DNA of 64,000 nucleotides from a virus, in IMG/VR virus record IMGVR_UViG_3300038620_000134, positions 1 to 64,000 of that record, one strand, 5' to 3'. The notes beneath the pieces are model-generated. The model saw only the letters and a program-made list of their open reading frames with translations. It did no database searches and was not told where the DNA came from. A program made the translations under genes and the position numbers. This document shows positions 28,512 to 38,151 of the stretch, piece by piece. The first letter of the stretch is position 1; every line of letters starts with the position of its first letter.

Positions 28512-28925
28512 ATGATTATGATTTTTCGCGATTTTCAATTCTCCGACCCAGCGGATAATCTTTCCTTCGCTCACGCGGCGCTAGCACTACATCAAAGCGT
28601 ATCTATACTTTATGATTTCCATTTAATATGTGAAGAAAATCAAAACCTACTCAATCAAGTCAACCCCCAAATTATTGAAGAAAGCCTTGATTGGAGGTGG
28701 AATCAATTATTTGAGTTTGATTTCAGGGTGCGGGAATTTCTCCAAATCTCCCAGAATGAATTATACGAACTAACGGTACGAAGAAAAGGGTTTGATTTTT
28801 TGCTCAAACAAATCGAAAAAGAAACGTTAGAAATTTTTGAAAGGCAGCGTATTGAAGGTGATTATCACTTGGATTTACAAGGCACCGTTAAAAAGAAGAT
28901 GGCCGAGAATTGGCCATCTATTTGA
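28512..28925 (+). CDS. Hypothetical protein
   Basis: 137-aa ORF with caactATG start context. Confidence 0.7.
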   Translation: MIMIFRDFQFSDPADNLSFAHAALALHQSVSILYDFHLICEENQNLLNQVNPQIIEESLDWRWNQLFEFDFRVREFLQISQNELYELTVRRKGFDFLLKQIEKETLEIFERQRIEGDYHLDLQGTVKKKMAENWPSI

Positions 28926-28984
28926 AGTATAATTTTCTCACCGCATTTCCAAGTGAGAATAAGCATAAGGATTCCGATTTATAA

Positions 28985-29046
28985 CACCCGCCTTGGATCC
29001 TGAAGTGGAATTACTTTAAGCGGGTGGGTAATTCCACAAAGGATCC
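28985..29046 (+). ncRNA. Candidate pseudoknotted RNA upstream of tRNA-Asn
   Basis: Pairings CACCCGC/GCGGGTG, GTGGAATTAC/GTAATTCCAC and GGATCC/GGATCC. Confidence 0.5.
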
Positions 29047-29053
29047 GTTTTTT

Positions 29054-29126
29054 GGATGTGTAGCTCAATTGGTAGAGCATCTGACTGTTAATCAGAAGGT
29101 TGTTGGTTCAATCCCAACCACATCCG
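29054..29126 (+). tRNA. tRNA-Asn(GTT)
   Basis: GGATGTG/CACATCC acceptor stem, TCTGA-CTGTTAA-TCAGA anticodon arm, GGTTCAATCCC T arm. Confidence 0.92.
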
Positions 29127-29311
29127 CTACAGTAACTGACCGATGAAGAACCGGGGATGTGCCGAAGAAGTACTGGAGAAAATCAAACAGTTGGTATTAG
29201 CAAGATATGTTCTTTTTTATAAAGTTAGTATACCCGTTGAAAGTGGATAGCAATGGATAGCAATTTTAGACAAAATTAGAGCTGATTGTGATACACTAAA
29301 TTTTAACTATA

Positions 29312-29860
29312 ATGAACAATACTTATAAAATCCATACCGTTGATGATGCTATAAAATTTCTAAATTTTGCAAAAAAGATGTATGGTGGAAAGGCACCAGT
29401 AAAGATGTTTAACGGTGGTGAAGGATGTTATCATCTGAATGGTATGATAGAGGATGGAATTGTTCAACTAAACGAAGATGGTCTTTTTATAGATTCAGAA
29501 GGTTTTGAACATGAATCAAACATTCCCTTAAATAACTTTGTATGGAAAAATATTTCAAGTAGTAATAATATTATTTATGCAGAAAGTGATATATCTGGGG
29601 GTTTTGCAAAGGTAAAAATACATCATTTTAAAGATCATGACTTATATAATATAGTGTTAGAAAACAAGGAAGAAAGTAAATATGTATTTCCATCTCTTGA
29701 AAATGAAAATTTTAAGTACATATTAGATGGTTTTTTTGATTATATAACAAGTTATAAAAAAGAATCAGATTCATCTTTGTTTTTTTCAATTCTCCAAACT
29801 GATAAGGTTAATATATTTCTTGATCTTATTGATAACATGAACTTAGTACCTAAAGAATAA
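29312..29860 (+). CDS. Hypothetical protein
   Basis: 182-aa ORF. Confidence 0.7.
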   Translation: MNNTYKIHTVDDAIKFLNFAKKMYGGKAPVKMFNGGEGCYHLNGMIEDGIVQLNEDGLFIDSEGFEHESNIPLNNFVWKNISSSNNIIYAESDISGGFAKVKIHHFKDHDLYNIVLENKEESKYVFPSLENENFKYILDGFFDYITSYKKESDSSLFFSILQTDKVNIFLDLIDNMNLVPKE

Positions 29861-29864
29861 ATCA

Positions 29865-30350
29865 ATGAACAACGGGTCTGAATTAAAACAAAATGGGTGG
29901 CGTGTCTATTTAGATATAGATGGGGTTCTAAATAATGACAATACACCTCCATCTGATTCATTCGATCTTCCTAACATAGATTTAGAAAATGCTAGAGTTC
30001 TTTCAGAATGGTTAAGTTTTCGTTACGTTGAAATTGTTATAATTTCAGATTGGCGATATACAAATACAGATAATGTGTGGTGGGATGAAATACTTAGAGA
30101 AGCTGGAATAACGGGGTATATGAGTCTAGATGTTGCTCCGCTTATTGAACCATCTCCAAATCTTGATAACATAAAAAAACATAAATGCAAAGAGATTAAA
30201 AAACACTTATCTGAAAATCCAGTATTTCCTTTTGAAGGTGGTTGTTTTATTTTAGATGATTTGGATTTGAGAAAATGTATAAGCGAATTTCAATCTGAAC
30301 CTGTCAATCCTAGATTTGGTCTTCAAAAAGAACATTTACCAATTAAATAA
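29865..30350 (+). CDS. HAD-family phosphatase (RNA-repair-type HAD domain)
   Basis: LDIDGVLN, IVIISDWR, ILDD. Confidence 0.8.
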   Translation: MNNGSELKQNGWRVYLDIDGVLNNDNTPPSDSFDLPNIDLENARVLSEWLSFRYVEIVIISDWRYTNTDNVWWDEILREAGITGYMSLDVAPLIEPSPNLDNIKKHKCKEIKKHLSENPVFPFEGGCFILDDLDLRKCISEFQSEPVNPRFGLQKEHLPIK

Positions 30351-30378
30351 TTTTTATAATCCCTAAAAACTTTTAATC

Positions 30379-30903
30379 ATGCAAAACCAACTAAAAACAA
30401 TTTTAAATATATTAATTACAGTGTCATTATTGATTATGTTATTTAGCACTAACTTAAGTGCACAAAAAGTCAATTCATGGAAACATAAATATAATCCTGA
30501 AAGGCTTGAAAGCTTAGCTATAATGGATTATAAAAATAGTCAATACACTGTTAAGATAATGGGGGCTTATGTTTTTGCTAAAGAATTCAATGAACCTCAT
30601 ATCGTGTTCTTTTTTGATGTTATTGATAAAGATTTTACTTTTAGTAATTTCTACTTAGAAACTGATGACGGTAGAATAGAATTAACTTCTACTGAAAGTA
30701 TTTCTAACATAGACTTCATCATTACTGATACTCAACTTATGCACAAGGATATATTAGATAAAATTATAACTGATAGCTCCTTAAAAATTACCACTTCTTA
30801 TTATCAAGGAAGTTTAATATTTAATTACCCTCCATCGGAAATGGTGAACTTTTCGGAAATGAATATTGTAAGTCCTTTAGATGTTGTTTTAATCTTTGAG
30901 TAA
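30379..30903 (+). CDS. Secreted/periplasmic hypothetical protein
   Basis: Signal peptide ending LSA-Q; a Gln after the cleavage site is common in Bacteroidota. Confidence 0.7.
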   Translation: MQNQLKTILNILITVSLLIMLFSTNLSAQKVNSWKHKYNPERLESLAIMDYKNSQYTVKIMGAYVFAKEFNEPHIVFFFDVIDKDFTFSNFYLETDDGRIELTSTESISNIDFIITDTQLMHKDILDKIITDSSLKITTSYYQGSLIFNYPPSEMVNFSEMNIVSPLDVVLIFE

Positions 30904-30943
30904 AAGTAAAGTATTATAAGTAAATAATTTTAACTAGTCTAAT

Positions 30944-31402
30944 ATGAGTACACGTTCCATTATTTGTAAAGAAAACCAGGATGGAACCATCGAGGCAATT
31001 TATTGCCATTGCGATGGGTATCTTGAGCATAATGGATATATCCTGCAAAATTATTATAATGATCGTTCAAGTATTGAACAGTTAATAAATATGGGAGATA
31101 TTTCTTTTTTAGATAAGGAAATAGGAGAATATCACATAGAGGCATCTATACAAAATGATTTTAGCTCTAAATACGTAGATGCTTACCATAGAGATCATGG
31201 TGAAGAATTAAAGATTCACCATTATAGTAACCGAGAGGAGCTAAAAAATAAATTTAAGGACGATGTATTTATTGAATACGTTTATTTGTTTAGTAAAGAT
31301 AACCAGTGGATTCTTTTAAAGGGAGCAGGATACAATGATGTTTCTCTTAAAGGTGTTTTAGAAGATGAAGAAATAGAAGAGTTAATTGAAAAAGGTTACT
31401 AA
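30944..31402 (+). CDS. Conserved phage hypothetical protein
   Basis: MSTRS.I...IYCH.DGY motif, common in phages. Confidence 0.75.
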   Translation: MSTRSIICKENQDGTIEAIYCHCDGYLEHNGYILQNYYNDRSSIEQLINMGDISFLDKEIGEYHIEASIQNDFSSKYVDAYHRDHGEELKIHHYSNREELKNKFKDDVFIEYVYLFSKDNQWILLKGAGYNDVSLKGVLEDEEIEELIEKGY

Positions 31403-31417
31403 AATACAAAAATTAAT

Positions 31418-32080
31418 ATGTCTTTTTATCAAACGGAAAACCGTCTTTTAGAGAGCTATCTTCGATATAGTAATGGATATTACATACCATATTTTGAAGC
31501 TGAGCTGTTTCCTCTCGAATATGATATGGAGCCAACTGAAAAGATATTCGACCTAAACGTTGATACTTCTAGCTATGAAGAAGATATGGATTATTTGAGG
31601 TATGATATGGATAAACTTGTTTGGGAGAAGTCCAATGATGAAAATTATCCATTCGTGCTTATAGGGGAATGTGCTCAGCCTGATCTTATAATGCGTTATC
31701 GAATATTTGATAATGTAGAATACTTAACGGGTAATCCAGACCTAGGGACTGCAATGAAGGTTAAAGACCCAAAAATGAAACTTGAACTATCAAAACTTAA
31801 TACTTTTATTGATGAAGTTCCATCCGAATATTATTCAAAAGTTTTAATGACTTTTGGTCAATGTTTTTCGGTTCCAGTTGCAGTACAACCATATTTACCA
31901 AACCCTGATGATTTTAATGACTTAAAATTTTATCAATTTAGTTACTATGTTTTAGGTCTTGATGGATGGTGGTTTGGTTATATTCCAGCAAACAATAATA
32001 CGGGCCAATTCAAAAATTTGAGCGACCTTAGAAAAGCCGTAAATGATATTGTTTCTAGTGAAGAAGTGGATATAACGTAA
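31418..32080 (+). CDS. Hypothetical protein
   Basis: 220-aa acidic ORF. Confidence 0.7.
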   Translation: MSFYQTENRLLESYLRYSNGYYIPYFEAELFPLEYDMEPTEKIFDLNVDTSSYEEDMDYLRYDMDKLVWEKSNDENYPFVLIGECAQPDLIMRYRIFDNVEYLTGNPDLGTAMKVKDPKMKLELSKLNTFIDEVPSEYYSKVLMTFGQCFSVPVAVQPYLPNPDDFNDLKFYQFSYYVLGLDGWWFGYIPANNNTGQFKNLSDLRKAVNDIVSSEEVDIT

Positions 32081-32141
32081 ACCAGTTATTCATTAAAGCC
32101 AGTCAAATTTTATTTTTTTTTACTTTAAATTCAATTAAGCT

Positions 32142-33119
32142 ATGCAAACTATCACAGAACAAAAAGCAACAGTAGAAATTGAAAACATTTCTTATGTATT
32201 GGACGGAATGAACAAAATCAGTAAAGCTAAAAGGGGAGTTCCTGGTTACCGCTTTAACCGTTCCAATTCGAAAAAACTTTCGACTTATGATATGGAAGAT
32301 GTTTATAAAAACGCTAAAGATATACTTAATAGGTACAAGTCAGAACTTATTGAGCATTATTTACTTGCTAGCAGTCCCATTTGTAATTTTAACCTAATTT
32401 ATTCTGAGAAAGTGGGACATCATTTTCAAAACTTTACTTTGTCTAATGAAAAAGGTAAAGAAGTAATACATTTGGATTTATTTCATTATTTTAAGGATTA
32501 TGAAAATCCACATAAATTGTTAAGAAAGGATTATGCTTGTGTTAATGATGAAATATTTCCTTTTGAAATTGTCTTACTCGAAAGCTTATTTTCAAATTTT
32601 TGTAAAGCTTTTGAGTCAATAATATTTACTGGATCAAAAGAAACTAATAACCCCATTAATGGATTGTTAGTACAACATAATAATAACTTAGAACCGGCTT
32701 CAGCAAAACTTAATGATGCTAACTTTTTAGAAGATTTTGAAAAGTTGGTTTCTGAAACAATACCTGAAAAAGTAAACAGTGAAAATATTATTTGGTTTTT
32801 ACCAAATAAACATTATGAAAAATACTGTCATAGTTATAAGACAAAATATAGCGAATATCCAAATATGGATGATGATGGAGGTATCTTTTTTGATACCGCA
32901 AAGCGGAACATTAAAATTGTTCCAACCGAGTTTTTAACAAATAAAGAACATTTTGTTGTATCAAGTAGTAATGTTTATATTGCTTTTTTCTGTTCAATAT
33001 TACAGCTTGATTATGACTTTTCTACTTCTACTGAAAGCCTTCAAAACGTTTTTGAGGGAGTTTTAGGACTTAGTTGTTTTAATATTCAAGATTCCACTCA
33101 AAAAGTAAACGTGTATTAA
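32142..33119 (+). CDS. Divergent HK97-fold major capsid-like protein
   Basis: FCKAFESIIFTGS...PINGLL, IIWFLP...Y and IKIVPTEFL resemble HK97-type capsid motifs. Confidence 0.5.
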   Translation: MQTITEQKATVEIENISYVLDGMNKISKAKRGVPGYRFNRSNSKKLSTYDMEDVYKNAKDILNRYKSELIEHYLLASSPICNFNLIYSEKVGHHFQNFTLSNEKGKEVIHLDLFHYFKDYENPHKLLRKDYACVNDEIFPFEIVLLESLFSNFCKAFESIIFTGSKETNNPINGLLVQHNNNLEPASAKLNDANFLEDFEKLVSETIPEKVNSENIIWFLPNKHYEKYCHSYKTKYSEYPNMDDDGGIFFDTAKRNIKIVPTEFLTNKEHFVVSSSNVYIAFFCSILQLDYDFSTSTESLQNVFEGVLGLSCFNIQDSTQKVNVY

Positions 33120-33176
33120 AAATATGATTTTTTATCGAAGAACTTTTGGAAAACTTAGAAAAGAAGTTAAACAAAC

Positions 33177-33359
33177 ATGAAACTTTCCGAAAGGGATAAA
33201 GAACGAATAATCGATACCATCCGAAATGGAGGCCAACTGGAAAAGGAGGACATCTACAAACTCTTTAATAATGAAGAAGATGTTTTCCTTTTCTGGAACG
33301 GTCGTAACGAAGAAGTTACCAAAACTGTTTTACCTTTTGAACATGTAGAAATAAATTAA
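33177..33359 (+). CDS. 60-aa protein resembling the N-terminus of type III R-M Mod subunits
   Basis: MKLSE.DK..II..I..G..L...LF....V.L.WNG...EV...VLPF..VE pattern. Confidence 0.6.
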   Translation: MKLSERDKERIIDTIRNGGQLEKEDIYKLFNNEEDVFLFWNGRNEEVTKTVLPFEHVEIN

Positions 33360-33379
33360 AAAATAAATAAATCAAAACT

Positions 33380-33652
33380 ATGAAAATCAAAAACGTTGGA
33401 GACGCCATAAAACACTTATTAGATATAGCCATTCTTGCGTATCTAATTTATAGCATCGGCTATGCAGGCTGGCAGGTTTTTGCTTTAGCCCCAGAGGGAA
33501 TTACCGGCCCGTTGTACGCTAGTGCTAAAGATATTGATCCCGATTTACTTCATTCCCGAAGGCTATATGCCATTGAAACCTACGTCTTGGTAATTGCCTT
33601 GGTGATTTACAAGCTTAATCGCCAACGGTTCTGGCAATTTAAGGATATTTAA
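33380..33652 (+). CDS. Small membrane protein
   Basis: Two hydrophobic segments. Confidence 0.65.
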   Translation: MKIKNVGDAIKHLLDIAILAYLIYSIGYAGWQVFALAPEGITGPLYASAKDIDPDLLHSRRLYAIETYVLVIALVIYKLNRQRFWQFKDI

Positions 33653-33697
33653 CTAAAAACTTTTATTTTCTAACTTCAAAATAAAATTTCAACAACT

Positions 33698-34015
33698 ATG
33701 AATAAAACAAAACAAATTCAACAAGTTTTAGAAAAAAATTTTTCTCTTCAAACAACCTTTGGTTTAGAGGAGAAAGTAAACATCCAAGTAGAAGAAAATC
33801 CAGCAACTCAGAATTATCAAGTTACTTTTTTCAAACCACTTTTTTCCGAGGAGGCAGCACCAGAAATAAAGGGGAGTTTCTTGCTTCCACATCAAACGGC
33901 ACAAACCTTATTAGAAGATAAAAATTGGTCGCGTTTAGCGCTTTCTGCTGTCGCCGATGGTGATCAACATTCTTACCAACTTTCTTTGGTTTATGATTTA
34001 AAAGTAGTTATGTAA
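33698..34015 (+). CDS. Hypothetical protein
   Basis: 105-aa ORF. Confidence 0.65.
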   Translation: MNKTKQIQQVLEKNFSLQTTFGLEEKVNIQVEENPATQNYQVTFFKPLFSEEAAPEIKGSFLLPHQTAQTLLEDKNWSRLALSAVADGDQHSYQLSLVYDLKVVM

Positions 34016-34027
34016 AAAAATAGAAAT

Positions 34028-34336
34028 ATGCAAAACGTTTCTAACTGGGCGCAAAAAATAATTCAAAAAGATCATTATAACAATCATTATGATGATCTGC
34101 TAAATTTTATTGATTTTTATTTCTTTAAAAGATGCAACCCGGATTTTATAGAGCATGATATCGATGAAGAAAGTATAATATTTTTTATTGAGTTTTATGG
34201 CTATGAGTATATAATTGTAGAAAAGGAAATTGACGAAAATGAGGTGCACTACTCTATATTCTATAAAGAAGAAGAGATAATTAGCGAATATAATACCCTT
34301 GGCAAGTTTAAAGAATGGTTTAAGAGTATAAATTAA
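34028..34336 (+). CDS. Hypothetical protein
   Basis: 102-aa acidic ORF. Confidence 0.65.
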   Translation: MQNVSNWAQKIIQKDHYNNHYDDLLNFIDFYFFKRCNPDFIEHDIDEESIIFFIEFYGYEYIIVEKEIDENEVHYSIFYKEEEIISEYNTLGKFKEWFKSIN

Positions 34337-34439
34337 GTAACCAAGTATTATGACTAATTTTGATAGCTTTAAATGTCCTTCATTGACAACGCTTGTTATC
34401 CTATCTTAGCAGCAATAAATACCTAAAAAATAAAAAGTT

Positions 34440-36521
34440 ATGACTTCATATAATGAAAAAATAGCACAAAAATTAGAAGAATTAGACAACAATTATATTA
34501 AAAGTGGTGCTATATATGATAACCAGGTTGACGCAGCCAAAGAAATAATAAAAAGCTTTACTAAAGTTGATTCAGGAAAGAGTGAAAATGATAGCAGAAA
34601 TAGACATGTTATTTTATTAGCTCAAATGCAAAGTGGAAAAACCGGTGTGTGTAATGCCGTATGTAATATGCTTGAATATGTAAATCCCGATAATCAAATT
34701 AAATTGTCTAGTTATTTTGGTATAAAGCGTTACTTTTTTATAACTGGAATGAATGATGTTGCTTTAAGAGATCAAACTGCTAATCGCGTCAAAAATGAAA
34801 TTATTAATTCATATTCAAAAATTGACAATAATGAAGATGACCATTTAGGTAAGTATATTGTAACTGGTGATAATATAGCAAAACCAGAAGCAAAATACTT
34901 TATTGAAAAAAATAGTGATTTAAAAAAGGAAATAAATGCAAACATAGAAGACTGTATAGTATTTATTGATGAATCCCACTATGGTTCTAAAGAAGAAAAC
35001 GTGTTGACTAAATTTTTAAAAAATAATGATATTGATTGGAAAAACGATCCACAAAAATTAAAAAATAACAATATTTATATTGTTTCTATTTCAGCAACTC
35101 CTTTTACTGAAAGTTATAGTGATAAGAATGAAAGTAAACCTAAAATATCACTAGAAACAGATAATAATTATTATGGAGTAAAAGAATTTTTAGATTTGGG
35201 ATTGATTCATCATGCAGATAAAAAAAGTGATTTTAAAAGTAAGAGTTTTTTTCCCCAACCTAGTAAAAAAAAACGTTTGGAAAACTTTAGAAACTACATT
35301 GCACAAAACTTCTTAGGTTCTAAGGTAACCGTTGAACAAATGGTCAATATCTTTAACTACTACTTTTCCGATATAATGAGAGAAAAACAAGCCAAGAGCA
35401 ATCAATTCAAACAAAAAATGAAAATGCTTTTTGATATTGAAGATAAGAAAAGTGGAAGAACTCGTTACTATAAAATTAATAGTATAAAAAACTTTGATAA
35501 TTTTGATGACAAATATTTTATTAATAAATTTAAACCTGAAATAAAAAGTACTAAACAAGAACCTAACATTGTTGAGTATCTTAAAGATGCACATTCTAGA
35601 ATGAAGCAAAATTCACAAAGTTTAACACCTATAGGTGTATGTATTGTAAGATGTGATGGTAAAAAAATTCAAAAACTAAAAAATAATGACTTTATTAGCA
35701 GTTATTTTAGGATAATAGAGTTTAATAATGAAAACTACAAAAAATTAAATTTTGGTACTGAATTAAAAGATAAAATTGAACTAATGATAAAATCCGCTTC
35801 AGATTCTAATAAACATGCAAATGATAATTCAAACAAACCTCTTTTAATATTGATTAAAGGGGCTTTTCGTGCAGGTATAACTATACCTAATTATTATAAA
35901 GATTACATATATATGATATATGATATTGCTAATAAACCCCACACTACAGCTCAAGGTTTACTTGGTAGAATGTGTGGTTATAGAAGTAACGATAGTAACA
36001 TAGAAAATACTGCTTTTTATGTAAATAAAGATCATGCAGAAAAATATGCAGATTGGGTAAAGAATAACTTTAAAAGAAAATACATACCAATAAAAAAGAA
36101 AAAAAGAAGCAGTGTAAAATGTGCAACAGAAAATAAATTATCTTTTGGTCTTGACTTGGATTCTGTTAAAAAATTAAAAAAATCAAACGATCTAAAAAAA
36201 ACATTAAGTGAATTAAATGTTTCTATAGACTTTGATTATATAGGAGAGACATACTTAGCAAATAACTATCGAAATTATACAGAATATAGTCAAAGTGTTA
36301 AAGACAAATGGTATGATATAATTAACAGTAATGAACGTGGTGTACCAAGTTATAGGCATAAGAAAAAACCTTTAACTGAAGATGATATTGGAAAAACATA
36401 TATACATTTAGCTTTGAATGACATTGATAATGAACTTTATATATATAAAGGAAAAATTGTCAAAAGTAATCCACAACACAAAGAATTATATGAAAAGCAT
36501 AAAGACACTTCTGAATTTTAA
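34440..36521 (+). CDS. SF2 helicase/ATPase-like protein
   Basis: AQMQSGKTG (motif I), FIDESH (II), SATP (III), QGLLGRMCGY (VI). Confidence 0.8.
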   Translation: MTSYNEKIAQKLEELDNNYIKSGAIYDNQVDAAKEIIKSFTKVDSGKSENDSRNRHVILLAQMQSGKTGVCNAVCNMLEYVNPDNQIKLSSYFGIKRYFFITGMNDVALRDQTANRVKNEIINSYSKIDNNEDDHLGKYIVTGDNIAKPEAKYFIEKNSDLKKEINANIEDCIVFIDESHYGSKEENVLTKFLKNNDIDWKNDPQKLKNNNIYIVSISATPFTESYSDKNESKPKISLETDNNYYGVKEFLDLGLIHHADKKSDFKSKSFFPQPSKKKRLENFRNYIAQNFLGSKVTVEQMVNIFNYYFSDIMREKQAKSNQFKQKMKMLFDIEDKKSGRTRYYKINSIKNFDNFDDKYFINKFKPEIKSTKQEPNIVEYLKDAHSRMKQNSQSLTPIGVCIVRCDGKKIQKLKNNDFISSYFRIIEFNNENYKKLNFGTELKDKIELMIKSASDSNKHANDNSNKPLLILIKGAFRAGITIPNYYKDYIYMIYDIANKPHTTAQGLLGRMCGYRSNDSNIENTAFYVNKDHAEKYADWVKNNFKRKYIPIKKKKRSSVKCATENKLSFGLDLDSVKKLKKSNDLKKTLSELNVSIDFDYIGETYLANNYRNYTEYSQSVKDKWYDIINSNERGVPSYRHKKKPLTEDDIGKTYIHLALNDIDNELYIYKGKIVKSNPQHKELYEKHKDTSEF

Positions 36522-36541
36522 TTAAAATAAATAAAGTAAAA

Positions 36542-36871
36542 ATGTCAACATCTTTACACTTTGATATAGGGCTTCCAGTTGAAAGTGAATTATCCAAATA
36601 CAATTTAAGTGTTTATCAAGATGATGTTGATTCAAAGTTTCTTTGTTATAATAATCAAGATATTATTCCTATCTTAAATGAAAATTTAGAAGATTGTTTA
36701 ATTTTAACTGCAAAAGGAAATAAAATACAAGAAGTAATAAAAATATTAGTTGAAGAATTTGGGGGGCGTTTCATAACCGATGATGAACTTGAGCTAATAA
36801 TTTATGGAGAAATAGAAGAAAGTGAAGCATTTAATTATTCAATGGATACATATTATTACAAAAGTAAATAA
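36542..36871 (+). CDS. Hypothetical protein
   Basis: 109-aa ORF. Confidence 0.65.
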   Translation: MSTSLHFDIGLPVESELSKYNLSVYQDDVDSKFLCYNNQDIIPILNENLEDCLILTAKGNKIQEVIKILVEEFGGRFITDDELELIIYGEIEESEAFNYSMDTYYYKSK

Positions 36872-36879
36872 CATTTAAA

Positions 36880-37329
36880 ATGTCTTTTAATCTTTTCACT
36901 AAACTACTTCCTATTCATTCTCATGATTTAATATCTGAACTATCATGGTTAGGTTGGATTGATTACGGTGTTTACTTGCGTCTTAAAGAAAATATAAAAC
37001 TTCAACAAATTGCTTATATCTACTATGGTTTTTACCTTACAATGTATGATAAAGCACCAACCGTAGAACAACCCAAATCAGGTGGTCATTTTGTATATCT
37101 TCCATTGTATAAATCTGCTTATTGTAAGCCATCACCTAAAATAGAAAAAAGAGAAAAAGAATACTTATTAGCTAAAAGAGTTATAGATAAATTGATTTAC
37201 ATAGAGGAAGAACAAATGATTAGTTGGTGCTTCAAAGAAAAACATCCAGTAACTATTGTACCATCGGTTGGTAACAATTTGATACCTGATTACTTAACTA
37301 AAAGTTATTTTAAGCAATTTGAATTATAA
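36880..37329 (+). CDS. Hypothetical protein (full-length paralog of 11223..11456)
   Basis: Shared C-terminal half. Confidence 0.7.
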   Translation: MSFNLFTKLLPIHSHDLISELSWLGWIDYGVYLRLKENIKLQQIAYIYYGFYLTMYDKAPTVEQPKSGGHFVYLPLYKSAYCKPSPKIEKREKEYLLAKRVIDKLIYIEEEQMISWCFKEKHPVTIVPSVGNNLIPDYLTKSYFKQFEL

Positions 37330-37445
37330 ATAAATACTTAAACAATAGTATTAAAGTGCAACTAATGTTAAGTTGTTAGCTGATAGGTTAGAAAACAATG
37401 TCCGATATTGTGAAGTTGATTGTGCTAAATTACTATAACAAATTC

Positions 37446-37476
37446 TTGACAATGTGGCATTTTATTTTTATATTTG
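37446..37476 (+). promoter_or_regulatory. Early promoter TTGACA-N17-TATATTTG
   Basis: Followed by TAGTAGATTGTTAAA, also found after the 39954 promoter. Confidence 0.72.
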
Positions 37477-37512
37477 TAGTAGATTGTTAAAAAGTTAAAC
37501 ACCACATCAACT

Positions 37513-37884
37513 ATGCAACTGGTTAATTTAACACCCCATTCCCTTCATCTTTATTCGGATGAAGGAAACTACATTTCTACCTTTGAAAGTAGAGGCCAAA
37601 TTCGTCTTGGTAGCTCTTTTCAAGAAGTAGAACGGCGACATTTCTCTAATGCAGAAGGGAGTATTCCAATCAAAGATATGTTCTTTGATGATAGCGCCTA
37701 TATTGAAATTGATGGTCAACAGTATAATACACTTCCTGAACCTAAGGAAGATACCGTATATGTAGTTTCCAAAATGGTCAAGAACGCGTTTCCAGAGCGC
37801 GAAGATTTTTTCGTTGTAAGCGAAACCGTAAGAGATGAAAATGGTAAAATCTGCGGTTTTAAAAGTCTTTCAAAGGGAGTTTAA
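37513..37884 (+). CDS. Conserved phage hypothetical protein
   Basis: NLTPH...LPEP....YVVS.MV...RD..G.I.G motif family. Confidence 0.75.
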   Translation: MQLVNLTPHSLHLYSDEGNYISTFESRGQIRLGSSFQEVERRHFSNAEGSIPIKDMFFDDSAYIEIDGQQYNTLPEPKEDTVYVVSKMVKNAFPEREDFFVVSETVRDENGKICGFKSLSKGV

Positions 37885-37904
37885 TATAGTTTAACTCCCT
37901 TTGA
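37870..37904 (+). terminator. Hairpin / probable terminator
   Basis: TCAAAGGGAGTT...AACTCCCTTTGA. Confidence 0.5.
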
Positions 37905-38028
37905 TAAATTAAAAAATCTATTTGATTAACAGAAACAATTTAGAATAGTTAAACACAAATAGACAGAACATACGACGGCATTAATGAGGCTTCTATTTAG
38001 GTGAGTTGTAAGATAACTTACCTGAATA

Positions 38029-38116
38029 GCCGGAGTGGCGGAAAGGAAGACGCTGCAGACTTAAAATCTGTTGGGATAATAAGCCCGTGGGAGTTCGAAT
38101 CTCCCCTCCGGCACCA
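38029..38116 (+). tRNA. tRNA-Leu(TAA), CCA encoded
   Basis: GCCGGAG/CTCCGGC acceptor stem, GCAGA-CTTAAAA-TCTGT anticodon arm, variable arm, ACCA end. Confidence 0.93.
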
Positions 38117-38151
38117 TCAGTTCAATTGAAAAACTTAAACTCAATCCCAAT

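Noticed and set aside
29127-29200. Hammerhead or theta ribozyme after tRNA-Asn (AACTG...CCGATGAAG...GAAA...CAGTT)
   Set aside because: The core is CCGATGA rather than CTGANGA, there is no convincing stem III, and I could not build an HDV-like nested pseudoknot.
34383-34409. TTGACA...TATCTTAG promoter before the helicase-like gene
   Set aside because: The spacer is only 13 nt versus 17 nt at all other sites; possibly a degenerate copy.
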